Positions 1 through 10,099 of a stretch of DNA of 64,000 bases are shown here, piece after piece. The translations under genes were made by a program, and so were the position numbers. Position 1 is the first letter of the stretch, and each line of letters starts with the position of its first letter. The stretch comes from a virus (Duplodnaviria > Caudoviricetes), in IMG/VR virus record IMGVR_UViG_3300037247_001786, positions 288,001-352,000 of that record. The stretch is one strand, 5' to 3'. Under the pieces are notes generated by a model that did not search any database, was not told the DNA's origin, and worked only from the letters and a program-made list of their open reading frames with translations.

Positions 1-61
1 ATACCGTTTTGGCGAACAAAAATACAAAATAACAGTAGAAAAAATTGAAGGAGTTTAAGTA

Positions 62-409
62 ATGGAAAAAGTCTGCTGCGTAGATATGGACGGGACAATA
101 TGTGAGTTCGCTTATCCTGATTTTGGAGAGCCTCAACCAGGCGTAAAAGAAGCTCTTCAGAAGATAAAAGATATGGGTTATGAGATTGAGATATTATCTT
201 GTAGAACTAATCATGAACTTAAAAAATACCCTATTGATAGACAAGAGCAAGTTAGGATGATGGAAGAATATCTTAATAAGCATGAGATACCATATGATAG
301 AGTTCTAAATAAAGACAAGCCTCTGGCTATTTGGTATATAGATGATAGGGCAATAGGGTTCAGAGATAATTGGGAAGATGTAGTTAAGGAAATTGAAGAA
401 AATGGATAA
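62..409 (+). CDS. HAD-superfamily phosphatase (small, cap-less)
   Basis: DMDGT motif I, SCR motif II, KP...YIDDRA motifs III/IV. Confidence 0.75.
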   Translation: MEKVCCVDMDGTICEFAYPDFGEPQPGVKEALQKIKDMGYEIEILSCRTNHELKKYPIDRQEQVRMMEEYLNKHEIPYDRVLNKDKPLAIWYIDDRAIGFRDNWEDVVKEIEENG

Positions 410-1034
410 TAGAAAAAAAGCAGAATTGGTATTCGAAGAAGAACTAGCATTTATAAAAAACATTTTAATAAAAGAGTTTGTATTAGAATGTTTTGATAAG
501 TTAACGCCTGATTATTTTTGGGATGGTCCTGCATCTTCGACTGGCAAACATCATCCTAAAATTTCAAATAAAAAACATGGACTCGTTCTTCATACTAAAC
601 TTTGTGTTTGGTGGGGGCGTAAATTGCATGAGACTTTGTATGCCGGAGAAACTGATTTAGATATTTGTATTGCAGCTTGTCTCTTGCATGATTTGCAAAA
701 ATTCGGCACTACTCTAAATAAAGATGGCTCCCCCACACTTCCCAAATATTCAAGTATCCACGGGATATTATTAGCAGTGCAATTAGAAGATATCGATTCT
801 TCTATGACTTGTTTTTGTAAAATAAAAGATAAGACACAGTCCATAATTGATGCTGTAGCTATGCATATGGGGAACTGGACAAATGAAAAAATAAGAAGCA
901 AATGGTTTGAAGGTAATGATTCCTTACAAGAAGAAATGCTTATAGTTCATTTAGCAGATTATTGTGCTTCGAAAAAAGTGTACGAGAAAATGGACAAATT
1001 GGATAAGTGGGAATTCCCAGAGGAAGCAAAATAA
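393..1034 (+). CDS. HD-domain phosphohydrolase
   Basis: HT...LLHD...H...MHMG...HLAD metal-binding pattern. Confidence 0.75.
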   Translation: MKKMDNRKKAELVFEEELAFIKNILIKEFVLECFDKLTPDYFWDGPASSTGKHHPKISNKKHGLVLHTKLCVWWGRKLHETLYAGETDLDICIAACLLHDLQKFGTTLNKDGSPTLPKYSSIHGILLAVQLEDIDSSMTCFCKIKDKTQSIIDAVAMHMGNWTNEKIRSKWFEGNDSLQEEMLIVHLADYCASKKVYEKMDKLDKWEFPEEAK

Positions 1035-1409
1035 TGGCATGGATCAATTTAGAAGTAATGGGTGACGGTGATAAAGTCAAAGATATTAAAAGCGTTAGAA
1101 TTATGACGGATGACGATGGAGAGCCTGCTATGTTCGCAACGATGGCAGAAGCAGATTATTGGTGTGAGTCCCATTACGAGCCGGGAGCATTGTATGAACA
1201 GATTGAGATATGGGGATGACGAAAAAGAAATTAGAGCAATTATTCGATCTCGCCGAAGAATTATATTTGGAAGAGTTGAAAAAATCAGGAATGGCAGTAT
1301 TGCCTTATGCTTGGGCAAAAAATGATGAAACAGGAGCATTTTTGGCTTTTTCTTGGTTCGGAAAATGTTCAGATAAAATGGAAGAAAAACTTAAGGAGAT
1401 AAAAGACGC

Positions 1410-1814
1410 ATGAAAATTAGAAGAGGCTTTGTAAGTAATAGCAGTTCAAGTAGTTTTATAGCTGGCTTCCCAAAAGATATGAGTGACGAAAATAGGAAAG
1501 AACGAGTTATCGAAGAGCTGGGAGTTGATGAAAATTCATTTTTCTATGATGTAGCAAAACAGATTGCTGATTGTATAGTTGATTCAATTGTTATAAAAGA
1601 TAGAGAAGAGTTTGCGAAAGAGAATTATCTTGATTCTTGGGATCTCATTGAAGAATATGAAAAATCACTCTTTATAAAGTGTGAAGATCAAGGATTTGAT
1701 TACCTGACAGGATCTGCTAGTAATGAATCGTTTGACGATATGGGAGAGATGATATTGTACGATAGGTGTTGGGGAGTAGATGAGGATGATTTTTTTATAG
1801 TTAAAAATTATTAG
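1410..1814 (+). CDS. Phage hypothetical protein of the MKIRxGFVSNSSSSSF type
   Basis: N-terminus MKIRRGFVSNSSSSSFI, a motif common in large-phage proteins of unknown function. Confidence 0.7.
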   Translation: MKIRRGFVSNSSSSSFIAGFPKDMSDENRKERVIEELGVDENSFFYDVAKQIADCIVDSIVIKDREEFAKENYLDSWDLIEEYEKSLFIKCEDQGFDYLTGSASNESFDDMGEMILYDRCWGVDEDDFFIVKNY

Positions 1815-2016
1815 AGAGAAAATATTTTATGGCAAGTGATTCAAGAGAAATACAAATTATGAGGGCTATATGTTGGGAAAGAGCTAAGGGGGAGTTGGGA
1901 GCTTTGGTCGAGACATATTGGGAAGAGGGTAACTGCAAAAAGATGCAAGAAGAAATTAATAAATTTATAGACATAGTTGAAAATGACGAACTTTTTACAT
2001 AGGGAGAAATATTTAG

Positions 2017-2553
2017 ATGATAAGAAGAATTAACTTTTTTGGTGGACCTTGTACTTGCAAAAGTACGAATGCGGCTTTTATTTTCGCGGAATTAAAAAAG
2101 AGAGGATTAAGTGCTGAATTGGTAGATGAATATATTAAGTTCTGGACGTATATTCCGAGAGTACCAAAAGGTTTCGATTCATTATATGTTCAAGCGAAAC
2201 AAATACATAAAGAAGATACAATCCTAAGAGCAGGAACAGATTTTATTGTAAGCGACTCACCAATTATGCTTCAATATTATTACGCTAAGCACCATAATAC
2301 TCCTGCTCAAAAACAAATGTTAGAGATAGCATGTGAATTTGAAGAAATGTATCCTTCCATCAATATCCTACTAACTAGGAATGACGCCGATTATAATGAA
2401 TTGGGAAGATATGAAACCCTAGAACAAGCTAAAGAGATTGATATGGAGCTGGAGGAAGTTCTTGACAATACTTGTACTTGGTACGAATGTCGAGATTGCC
2501 ACGATAATGAAGGAATATTAGATTATGTATTGGGAGAGATAGATAATGAATAG
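2017..2553 (+). CDS. P-loop nucleotide kinase/ATPase (AAA_28/NadR-like)
   Basis: N-terminal GGPCTCKST Walker A variant, VSDSP, RYET motifs. Confidence 0.65.
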   Translation: MIRRINFFGGPCTCKSTNAAFIFAELKKRGLSAELVDEYIKFWTYIPRVPKGFDSLYVQAKQIHKEDTILRAGTDFIVSDSPIMLQYYYAKHHNTPAQKQMLEIACEFEEMYPSINILLTRNDADYNELGRYETLEQAKEIDMELEEVLDNTCTWYECRDCHDNEGILDYVLGEIDNE

Positions 2554-3049
2554 TAGTTATGTTGTTGAAAGAACATGGATGACGGAATCTGGATTAAAAG
2601 CTTGTTGTGTTCTTTGTAGAGGAACACATAGATGCGGATATGTTGGAGTTAATGAAGATAATTTTCTTTATGGAGTAAAATGTAGCCAATCTATAGAAAA
2701 GCTTAAAGACGCATATCATAAAGCAATGGATATAAATATGGATGATAATAAAAGAAATAGTATTTCTATCTTATCTAATTCCATGAAAGATGAGGAAGAG
2801 AGGTACAGCCCAGAGATGGCATTTAATGTTCATGGGGGATTAACATTTTCTAACGGAGGAGGGGACAATGACTACCCTATACCTGGAGATACTTGGTGGT
2901 TTGGTTTCGATTGTGCTCATTTAGGAGATGCGAATATAGATGGTTCAGGATATTGCGAAGACGATGCTGTTGTTAGAAGTTTTGACTACGTCGTCGATGA
3001 GTGCGAAAACTTAGCTCAACAAATTGCATTAGTAACAAAAAATAAATAG
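2546..3049 (+). CDS. Conserved phage hypothetical protein
   Basis: CGYVG, HGGLTF and WWFGFDCAH motifs typical of a widespread phage family. Confidence 0.6.
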   Translation: MNSSYVVERTWMTESGLKACCVLCRGTHRCGYVGVNEDNFLYGVKCSQSIEKLKDAYHKAMDINMDDNKRNSISILSNSMKDEEERYSPEMAFNVHGGLTFSNGGGDNDYPIPGDTWWFGFDCAHLGDANIDGSGYCEDDAVVRSFDYVVDECENLAQQIALVTKNK

Positions 3050-3065
3050 GAGATTTTTTACTGTA

Positions 3066-4097
3066 ATGAGTCGTTATCAAATAATAGAAGGCGATTCGTC
3101 TGAAGCTCTAAAGCAGTTTCCAGATAATCATTTTCATTGTATAGTTACCAGCCCTCCATATTGGCAGTTGAGGGACTATTTCTGTGAGGGGCAGTTAGGT
3201 ATGGAAGCTACTCCAAATGAGTATGTGAGCAATCTGGTGGCGATTATGAGGGAATCTAAAAGAGTTCTTCGTAAGGATGGGGTAATGTGGATGGTTATGG
3301 GAGATACATACTCTACACCTAAGAAGGGGAATACCCAAGATAACGTCAATAGCAAACTGAGAAGAGATAAACTTCACGATCAACATATTGACAAAAAGAC
3401 CCCTAAAGGGATGAAGAAGAAGAATCTTATAGGAATTCCTTGGAAAGTAGCTTTCGGTCTTCAAGATGATGGTTGGATATTGCGTTGTGATATAATTTGG
3501 AGTAAAGTTAATCCAATGCCAGATGGGGCTAAAGATCGTCCAACTCGTTCTCATGAATATGTTTTTATGTTTACTAAAGAAGAGAAATATTATTACGACC
3601 ACTTTGCTGTAATGGAAAAAGCTAAAACAAAGAAAAAAAATACGAGAAAGTTCGGAGCCAATAATCAGAAAGGCACTTTTCGTCAAGACCAGGATAGATT
3701 TTTTACTGATAATGGAAAAAGAAATAAGAGATCAGTATGGACAACTCCTGTAGCGAGTAGTGGAGGTAAACATTTTGGAGTTTTTCCAGAAAAGTTAATT
3801 GAACCTTGTATTTTATCGAGTACTTCTTCTTACGGGTGTTGTTCTGTTTGCAACTCTCCTTGGAAAATGAAGTACGATAAGAAACAGGATGAGTATGATT
3901 GGATACCTACTTGTAAGTGTGGGGAAAAGAATAGTATAGTTAACTGTCGAGTTTTAGATCCTTTTTCTGGAGTTTCGACTACGGGTGTAGTTTGTGTAAA
4001 GTATGATGTTGATTATGTTGGGATAGAACTAAACCCAGAATATGTTGAAGCTGCTCAGGAGAGGTTAGATATGATTGATCCTATTTTTGGAGATTAA
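3066..4097 (+). CDS. DNA amino-methyltransferase (N4-C/N6-A, beta class)
   Basis: TSPPYW catalytic motif IV near the N-terminus, HFGVFP, DPFSGVSTTG SAM-binding motif I near the C-terminus; internal CxxC insert. Confidence 0.92.
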   Translation: MSRYQIIEGDSSEALKQFPDNHFHCIVTSPPYWQLRDYFCEGQLGMEATPNEYVSNLVAIMRESKRVLRKDGVMWMVMGDTYSTPKKGNTQDNVNSKLRRDKLHDQHIDKKTPKGMKKKNLIGIPWKVAFGLQDDGWILRCDIIWSKVNPMPDGAKDRPTRSHEYVFMFTKEEKYYYDHFAVMEKAKTKKKNTRKFGANNQKGTFRQDQDRFFTDNGKRNKRSVWTTPVASSGGKHFGVFPEKLIEPCILSSTSSYGCCSVCNSPWKMKYDKKQDEYDWIPTCKCGEKNSIVNCRVLDPFSGVSTTGVVCVKYDVDYVGIELNPEYVEAAQERLDMIDPIFGD

Positions 4098-4284
4098 ACT
4101 ATGAAAGGCGATAAGCATAAACCAAAAGGTACTTTTGCTAGATGGGTAGACGCATTTTGCGATGGGCTATATGCACCAAAAGAACCACATTATAGAGTTC
4201 CATCTATGACTGATGGCAAAAAGTATACAAGAAGATGGAGACGAAGAAAAGAAAAGTTAGAATTAAAAGACGAGAAAAATAAAT

Positions 4285-4509
4285 ATGAAGAATAACTGGA
4301 CAGAAGAGTTTGAAAATATGATAGTAGAGGATGAGTGTCCTCGATGCAGTTGGTATCCTGATTGCGATGATTGCATTATTGCATATAGTCCTCAAAGATA
4401 CTCCCACAGTCTATCTATGTTGTCCTCATTTCCCCAATATACTTGGACCGAGATATATGATTGTCCAGAATGTTCTACTAAATTTAAAATGGGGGCTGAA
4501 TCATGTTAG
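4285..4509 (+). CDS. Small Cys-rich (zinc-binding) hypothetical protein
   Basis: CPRC, CDDC, CPEC motifs. Confidence 0.5.
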   Translation: MKNNWTEEFENMIVEDECPRCSWYPDCDDCIIAYSPQRYSHSLSMLSSFPQYTWTEIYDCPECSTKFKMGAESC

Positions 4510-5039
4510 AAAAAAAATATGAAGTTAAAAGCAGATTAAAAGTATGTGGTTGTTGTCAGTCATTTGATAAGGATACTGGAGAATATTTTCCTCCCAAAAA
4601 ATTTGAAGAACATAAAGATTATTTAGAATGTACCAATCCAGAATGTTTAGAAGTTTTTAGTACCATACCTATGTTTGAATTTGCTTATTGTTGTCCAGAT
4701 TGCGGTTTTGATTGTCCAGTAGAGGACGAACATTATCAAGTTAGAGACGATGGCTCTTGGAACATATTTCCATATGAACTATTAAATTATAAACCAGTGA
4801 TTACTGAATCTAAAGAAACAGACCCTAACATTATCCTAATAGAAGAAATGGATAAAATTATGAAGGTCAAATTACCTCCTATGCCAGACGATCTAAAAGA
4901 ACTTGAAATTATTGAAGGTAAAGATATTTATCCAAAATGTACAGACGAGTATCTTGATTATGAGGGAAATTATAGTTGGACAGAAACTCATTACTGTCCT
5001 CACTGTAAAAAAGAATATGATTTTTTTAATGGGAATTAA
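4503..5039 (+). CDS. Cys-rich hypothetical protein
   Basis: Several CxxC motifs; stop/start overlap with neighbours. Confidence 0.5.
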   Translation: MLEKKYEVKSRLKVCGCCQSFDKDTGEYFPPKKFEEHKDYLECTNPECLEVFSTIPMFEFAYCCPDCGFDCPVEDEHYQVRDDGSWNIFPYELLNYKPVITESKETDPNIILIEEMDKIMKVKLPPMPDDLKELEIIEGKDIYPKCTDEYLDYEGNYSWTETHYCPHCKKEYDFFNGN

Positions 5040-5478
5040 AATATGGATCATCAATTACCAAGTTGGCAATGTCAATGTTGCGGGAAAAATTATTATGAAG
5101 ACCTAAAAACAATGGGTTATAAATGTACAAAGTGCGGAGCTGAATATAAATTTGGTTATACAGTGACGCATGTCGATAAAGATGGAGTAGAGGAAGTATT
5201 ACATAGGAAAGAGATAAAATGATAAAAACTAAGACAGTAACTTATGAGCATAACGTAGTTGTTTCTAAGATTTGCGATAAATGTAAAAAAGAATATGATG
5301 CAGAAAAGGATAGAGATGAATGTCAGGAGTTTCATGCGGTCAGTTTCGTAGGAGGATATGGATCTATCTTCGGTGACGGTACGGGAATTCATTGCGACTT
5401 ATGCCAGCATTGTCTCCTCGATATTATAAAAGATTATATGAGAATAAGTGAGTATAAATATTATTAGGATTTATATAA

Positions 5479-5694
5479 ATGAAGTATTGTGTAAAATTAG
5501 GTAATTGTTTAGATGAGTTGAAGAATATACCAGATGGGTCTTGTCGATGTTGCGTCACTTCTCCACCATATTGGGGTTTAAGACAATATCTATTCGATGG
5601 TGCGGTCATACTAGATAACAAGTTAAGCGATGAGGAAAAAGAGATTATCGAAAAAGAGTTAGAGGACTATGGAATCAAACCCAAATCATCTTAA
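5479..5694 (+). CDS. N-terminal part of a split DNA methyltransferase
   Basis: GNCLDELKNIPDGSCRCCVTSPPYWGLRQY matches the N-terminus of the 3066 MTase, then 30+ unrelated residues and TAA. Confidence 0.85.
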   Translation: MKYCVKLGNCLDELKNIPDGSCRCCVTSPPYWGLRQYLFDGAVILDNKLSDEEKEIIEKELEDYGIKPKSS

Positions 5695-5730
5695 TAAAGA
5701 TTGGATATATGAACATAAGGATTTTATAAA

Positions 5731-6675
5731 ATGAAAATATGGGATATAAAAGAGATACCTGAACATCTTAAAAAACATTTTGCTCCAGCACCTGAACTTG
5801 GAATGGAAGATACTCCCCAAGAATTTGTTCAAAATATGGTTAAAGTTTTTCGCGAAGTAAAAAGGATATTAACACCAGATGGAACTTTTTGGTTGAATAT
5901 CGGAGATAGCTATGTATCTGCTCCAACTGGTTCAAGAGGTAAATGTACTGGTAAGGATCAAGGCTTTGGAGAGAACCATAAACATTCCGGTGCTGCTTTG
6001 AAGAGAAGAGATAAAAGACTTAAAGGGTTATCAGAAAAGAATCTTATAGGAGTTCCTTGGAGATTAGCCTTGGCTCTTCAGGACGATGGCTGGATATTGA
6101 GACAAGATATTATTTGGGCTAAACCTAATCCCATGCCGGAATCGGTAAAAGATAGATGTACTAAATCTCATGAATATATTTTTCTTCTTACCAAACAAAA
6201 AAAGTATTTTTATGACCATGAAGCTATTTTTGAAAAAGCTGCTTTTGACGGAAGGAAAGATACTAAATTAAAAGGTTCTCAAAAATATGAGAGTGGAGAG
6301 TTTCTTCCTGGAAAGAATGAGAATACTTTTCACTCCCAAGCTCATGAGAGATGGCCTAATATGAAGGATGGAGTCAGAATGAGAAATAAGCGTGACGTAT
6401 GGCATATAAATACTGCACAGTTTAAAGGTTCTCATTTCGCTGTTATGCCGATAGAGTTAGCTCAGACTTGTATTAAGGCTGGATCAGAAAAGGGAGATTG
6501 GATACTAGATCCATTTTCAGGAGCTGCTACCACTGGCGTCGCCGCATTAGGAATAGATAGAAATTATATTGGTACAGAACTTAGTCCTGACTTTAGAGAG
6601 ATAAGTTTAGAGAGATTAAATGGGGTAGACCCAATTTTTTCGGAAGAAGTAGAAGGAGTAGAAAATGATACCTAA
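5731..6675 (+). CDS. C-terminal part of a split DNA methyltransferase
   Basis: ELGMEDTPQEFV...HFAVMP...DPFSGAATTG; lacks SPPY, which lies in 5479-5694; AAGGA RBS upstream. Confidence 0.88.
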   Translation: MKIWDIKEIPEHLKKHFAPAPELGMEDTPQEFVQNMVKVFREVKRILTPDGTFWLNIGDSYVSAPTGSRGKCTGKDQGFGENHKHSGAALKRRDKRLKGLSEKNLIGVPWRLALALQDDGWILRQDIIWAKPNPMPESVKDRCTKSHEYIFLLTKQKKYFYDHEAIFEKAAFDGRKDTKLKGSQKYESGEFLPGKNENTFHSQAHERWPNMKDGVRMRNKRDVWHINTAQFKGSHFAVMPIELAQTCIKAGSEKGDWILDPFSGAATTGVAALGIDRNYIGTELSPDFREISLERLNGVDPIFSEEVEGVENDT

Positions 6676-7618
6676 AATAGATAAATACAGAGGAGCGATG
6701 TTAGGGTTGGCTGTAGGCGATGCATTAGGAGTATCTCTTGAGTTTATGCCTCCTGGAAGTTTCGTAGAAGTAACAGAGATGTTGGGAGGAGGTCCATTTA
6801 ATCTTAAACCAGGAGAATGGACAGATGACACTTCTATGGCTCTATGTCTTGCCTCTAGTTTAATAGAATGCGACAAGTTTGATGCTCATGATCAAATGAC
6901 AAGGTATTTGGATTGGAGAGATAACGGTTACATGAGTTCTAGAGGAGGAGGAAAACCATGTGTCGATATCGGAAATACTACAACTGGTGCTATATCTAAT
7001 TTTGAGGAAACGGGTGATCCATTTTCTGGTCCAAAAGAATCTCATACATCAGGTAATGGATCTATAATGAGACTTGTCCCTATTCCTTTGTATTATGGAG
7101 GTAGCCCTATTGATACTTTTGCTTTTGCAGGCGAAAGCTCAATAACAACTCATGGTTCAAAGGAGTGTAAGGATGCTTGTCGATATATGGCATTAATAAT
7201 TAATGGAGCAATTAATGGATTAGTGAAAGAAGACTTGTTATCATCAGATTATATGAAAGATATCGATTTGGATCCTCAAATAAAAGATATTGCAAATGGT
7301 TCTTTCAAAGAGAAAGAGCCTCCAGAAATAAAGGGAACAGGATATGTTGTAGAAAGTTTAGAAGCGGCTTTATGGGCTTTCTATAAGAATGATACTTTTG
7401 AAGATGGTTTAATAGCGGCAGTTAATCTTGGCGATGACGCTGATACAACAGGAGCTGTTTTTGGGCAGATAGCAGGAGCCTATTACGGAGTTGATTTTAT
7501 ACCTGAAAGATGGATAGAGAAGATAGTGGACGCTGACGGAATAATGTATATAGCTGAAACTTTATATGATATGGCGATAGAAAGATATGGAGAAGAGTAT
7601 GGGAACGACAAAGAATGA
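6665..7618 (+). CDS. ADP-ribosylglycohydrolase (DraG/ARH family)
   Basis: GLAVGDALG, WTDDTSM, GNGSIMR, GDDADTTGAVFGQIAGAYYG. Confidence 0.93.
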   Translation: MIPKIDKYRGAMLGLAVGDALGVSLEFMPPGSFVEVTEMLGGGPFNLKPGEWTDDTSMALCLASSLIECDKFDAHDQMTRYLDWRDNGYMSSRGGGKPCVDIGNTTTGAISNFEETGDPFSGPKESHTSGNGSIMRLVPIPLYYGGSPIDTFAFAGESSITTHGSKECKDACRYMALIINGAINGLVKEDLLSSDYMKDIDLDPQIKDIANGSFKEKEPPEIKGTGYVVESLEAALWAFYKNDTFEDGLIAAVNLGDDADTTGAVFGQIAGAYYGVDFIPERWIEKIVDADGIMYIAETLYDMAIERYGEEYGNDKE

Positions 7619-8504
7619 TATTAGAAATTGGTTAAAAGAAAAAGACAAATCAGAAGTAAGCCATGTATTGATAGTATGCGATACTTTCGATCATTCGGAC
7701 TATCCTGTTCAAGTGCCTATTGGTAAACATGTCGATGATATTATAAGTCAATATCATGGATCGGATATGCAAAAAGTAATGGAAGTTTATAATCTAAATA
7801 TGGATATAGAAGAACAGTTAAACGAGCATAGAGCTTGGAATAACCAGTCAGCTCCAAAGAAGTTGATCACTTTGAAAGATGCAATAGAGCAGAGGACAAA
7901 GAAAAGAGCTGACGAGATGAGAGATATTCCTGCGTATGATAAGTTCGGTCGTCCATGTCGAGATTTGTATTTTATGAATTTAGCGTTTGAGGTAGCATGG
8001 AAATCTATCGACCCTAATACGAAACACGGTTGTGTAGCGGTCGATAAGAGAGGAGGAGTTATAACTACTGGTTACAATGGACCTCCTCAAGGTTGTAATG
8101 ATGAAAAAATTCCCTTGACAGCTCCAGAGAAATATCGGTTTTTAGAACATTCGGAAAGGAATGTTATAGAAATTTCTGGAGCAACAGGAAGAGCCTTAGA
8201 AGGAAGCACCTTCTATGTGACAGGTTTGCCTTGTTATGAATGTTTAAGGGCGATAATGGGAGCGAGAGTTAGTAGAATCATCTACGGACCTCTTAATTCT
8301 ATTATGTGTATGGAGGAAGGGTATTTTGATGATTATGAAATATTTTTAGAAGGACATCCTTTAGTTGTAGAAAGATTTAGATACGATGAAGAACTATTTG
8401 CTAGAAATAACGAGGCAAAAAAAGCTGTAGAAAATAAACCACCCGTGAATATAGTTAAAGAGTTTAATCTAGGAAATTTTTATGGCAGAGAGACCAATAG
8501 ATAG
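7587..8504 (+). CDS. dCMP deaminase with an extra N-terminal domain
   Basis: SIDPNTKHGCV, TGYNG, HSERN, PCYEC zinc-deaminase motifs; about 110-aa N-terminal extension. Confidence 0.85.
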   Translation: MEKSMGTTKNDIRNWLKEKDKSEVSHVLIVCDTFDHSDYPVQVPIGKHVDDIISQYHGSDMQKVMEVYNLNMDIEEQLNEHRAWNNQSAPKKLITLKDAIEQRTKKRADEMRDIPAYDKFGRPCRDLYFMNLAFEVAWKSIDPNTKHGCVAVDKRGGVITTGYNGPPQGCNDEKIPLTAPEKYRFLEHSERNVIEISGATGRALEGSTFYVTGLPCYECLRAIMGARVSRIIYGPLNSIMCMEEGYFDDYEIFLEGHPLVVERFRYDEELFARNNEAKKAVENKPPVNIVKEFNLGNFYGRETNR

Positions 8505-9255
8505 GAGAGTTAGTCAATATTTTGAAGGAAAAATTACAGAAGAAAAATTAAATAAGCAAATAGAAGAATACCTAAAAGATGGTATCGCAAGCGGCAAGTT
8601 CACTGATAAAATAATGGCTAGACTTGACCGCAGGAAAGATGCCAACGGTAAGAAAAAAGGCAGAACGTATGCTAGATTCTTCATTGAAATATCCGAAGGC
8701 ATCCGAAAGGAACATGCTATATTTTTAAAATGGATAGAGCATATGGAGAAGATTGGCTATGAAATGAAGTGGGAAAAATATGGTACAGATGCTATTGGGT
8801 TAGCTTTTGTAGAGGTCAAAGATGATAGACCTGATTATCTGGTATCTATAAATAATTCTCCCTTTTTTGTAGTTGATGCTAAGACTTGCCCAATAGAAAC
8901 AAAGAATACTTTTAAAACAGGTGACTTAAGGCATTATGAAAAATATAATGCCAGCATGGTGGTATGTATGGGTAAAATTGGATTAGATAATCAAGAACTG
9001 AAATCATTTTCATTTTATGGACCGCTGGCCATTAGACATCTATTGAAGTTAAAAAGTACAACCTATCCAGAATTTGCTCCAAACAAACAAGCTGTTAGAG
9101 CTTCTTATAAAAAAACGATGAAAAGCAATAGGGCTCAAGTTTCTTTTGAAGAGTTATTAAAGGATGGAACTATGGAGATGGTTAAGGTAACTGAAAAGGA
9201 TCCAGAATTTAGAGGTCCTTTAAAAAGAATTATTGATGGTCACTATTTATTTTAA
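8482..9255 (+). CDS. Putative PD-(D/E)xK nuclease (restriction endonuclease-like)
   Basis: E...RPDY-x9-VDAK pattern; directly upstream of an MTase. Confidence 0.45.
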   Translation: MAERPIDRRVSQYFEGKITEEKLNKQIEEYLKDGIASGKFTDKIMARLDRRKDANGKKKGRTYARFFIEISEGIRKEHAIFLKWIEHMEKIGYEMKWEKYGTDAIGLAFVEVKDDRPDYLVSINNSPFFVVDAKTCPIETKNTFKTGDLRHYEKYNASMVVCMGKIGLDNQELKSFSFYGPLAIRHLLKLKSTTYPEFAPNKQAVRASYKKTMKSNRAQVSFEELLKDGTMEMVKVTEKDPEFRGPLKRIIDGHYLF

Positions 9256-9266
9256 GAAGAAGTTTT

Positions 9267-9989
9267 ATGATAAACACAATTATACATGGCGATTGTAGGA
9301 AGATTTTTCCAGAGATACTAAAGGAGCATAAAGTTTCTTTAGTAGCCTCTGATCCTCCTTACAATATTTGTTTTGGCAAATATGAAGATAAGGGAGGGAA
9401 GGGGTATAAGGACAATTTACCTGATGATGAATACATAGAATTGTTATCTACATTTAAGGGGTGCCCTTCTGCTATTATACATTACCCAGAAGAGATGATG
9501 AAATACGTTGTCCCTGCTTTGGGAGTCCCTGAAGAAGTTCTAGCTTGGTGCTATCCATCTAACATAGGAAAAAAGTTTAGATTGATTAATATCTATGGCA
9601 AAAAACCTAAATTTTCAAAAGTAAGACGACCATATAAAAATCTAAATGATAAGAGGATTCAAGAACGTATCCGTAATGGTAGTAAAGGTGCTCCTTTGTA
9701 TGATTGGTTTGATGACATAAATATAGTCAAAAATGTCAGTAAGGAGAAGACAATTCACCCTTGCCCGATACCTATAGCCCTAATGGAAAGGATTATTTTA
9801 CTACTGACAGATGAGGGAGATTTAGTTATAGACCCGTTTTCTGGTTCAGGAACAACGGCTTTAGCCTGTATTAGATTAAAAAGACAATATATCGGTATAG
9901 AGATGTCAAAAAAGTATTGTGATTTAGCTAATGAGCGTATTAAATTGGAGAAAGAGAAGGTTGATATTTTTAAAGGACTTTCTACTTGA
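9267..9989 (+). CDS. DNA amino-methyltransferase (beta class)
   Basis: SDPPYN, HPCPIP, DPFSGSGTT. Confidence 0.92.
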   Translation: MINTIIHGDCRKIFPEILKEHKVSLVASDPPYNICFGKYEDKGGKGYKDNLPDDEYIELLSTFKGCPSAIIHYPEEMMKYVVPALGVPEEVLAWCYPSNIGKKFRLINIYGKKPKFSKVRRPYKNLNDKRIQERIRNGSKGAPLYDWFDDINIVKNVSKEKTIHPCPIPIALMERIILLLTDEGDLVIDPFSGSGTTALACIRLKRQYIGIEMSKKYCDLANERIKLEKEKVDIFKGLST

Positions 9990-10013
9990 AAGTGATAATA
10001 TATTCGATACAAT
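9986..10013 (+). promoter_or_regulatory. Sigma70-like promoter, TTGAAAGTG family
   Basis: TTGAAA-16nt-TACAAT; -35 overlaps the MTase stop codon. Confidence 0.7.
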
Positions 10014-10099
10014 ATGCTTAGGTATATATTTAATAGTTCTACCATAGAATAGCGTGAGGGACTATTAAAAAAATAATATGCTATTCAGAGGGTTAAGTA

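Noticed and set aside
5692-5733. Stop read-through, frameshift, intein or intron joining the MTase halves
   Set aside because: Several in-frame stops, a separate RBS, no intein Cys/His-Asn ends, and a gap of only 36 nt.
10029-10069. Hairpin TTTAATAGT/ACTATTAAA after the 9986 promoter
   Set aside because: AT-rich stem with competing internal pairings and no U-tract on either strand; too weak to call.
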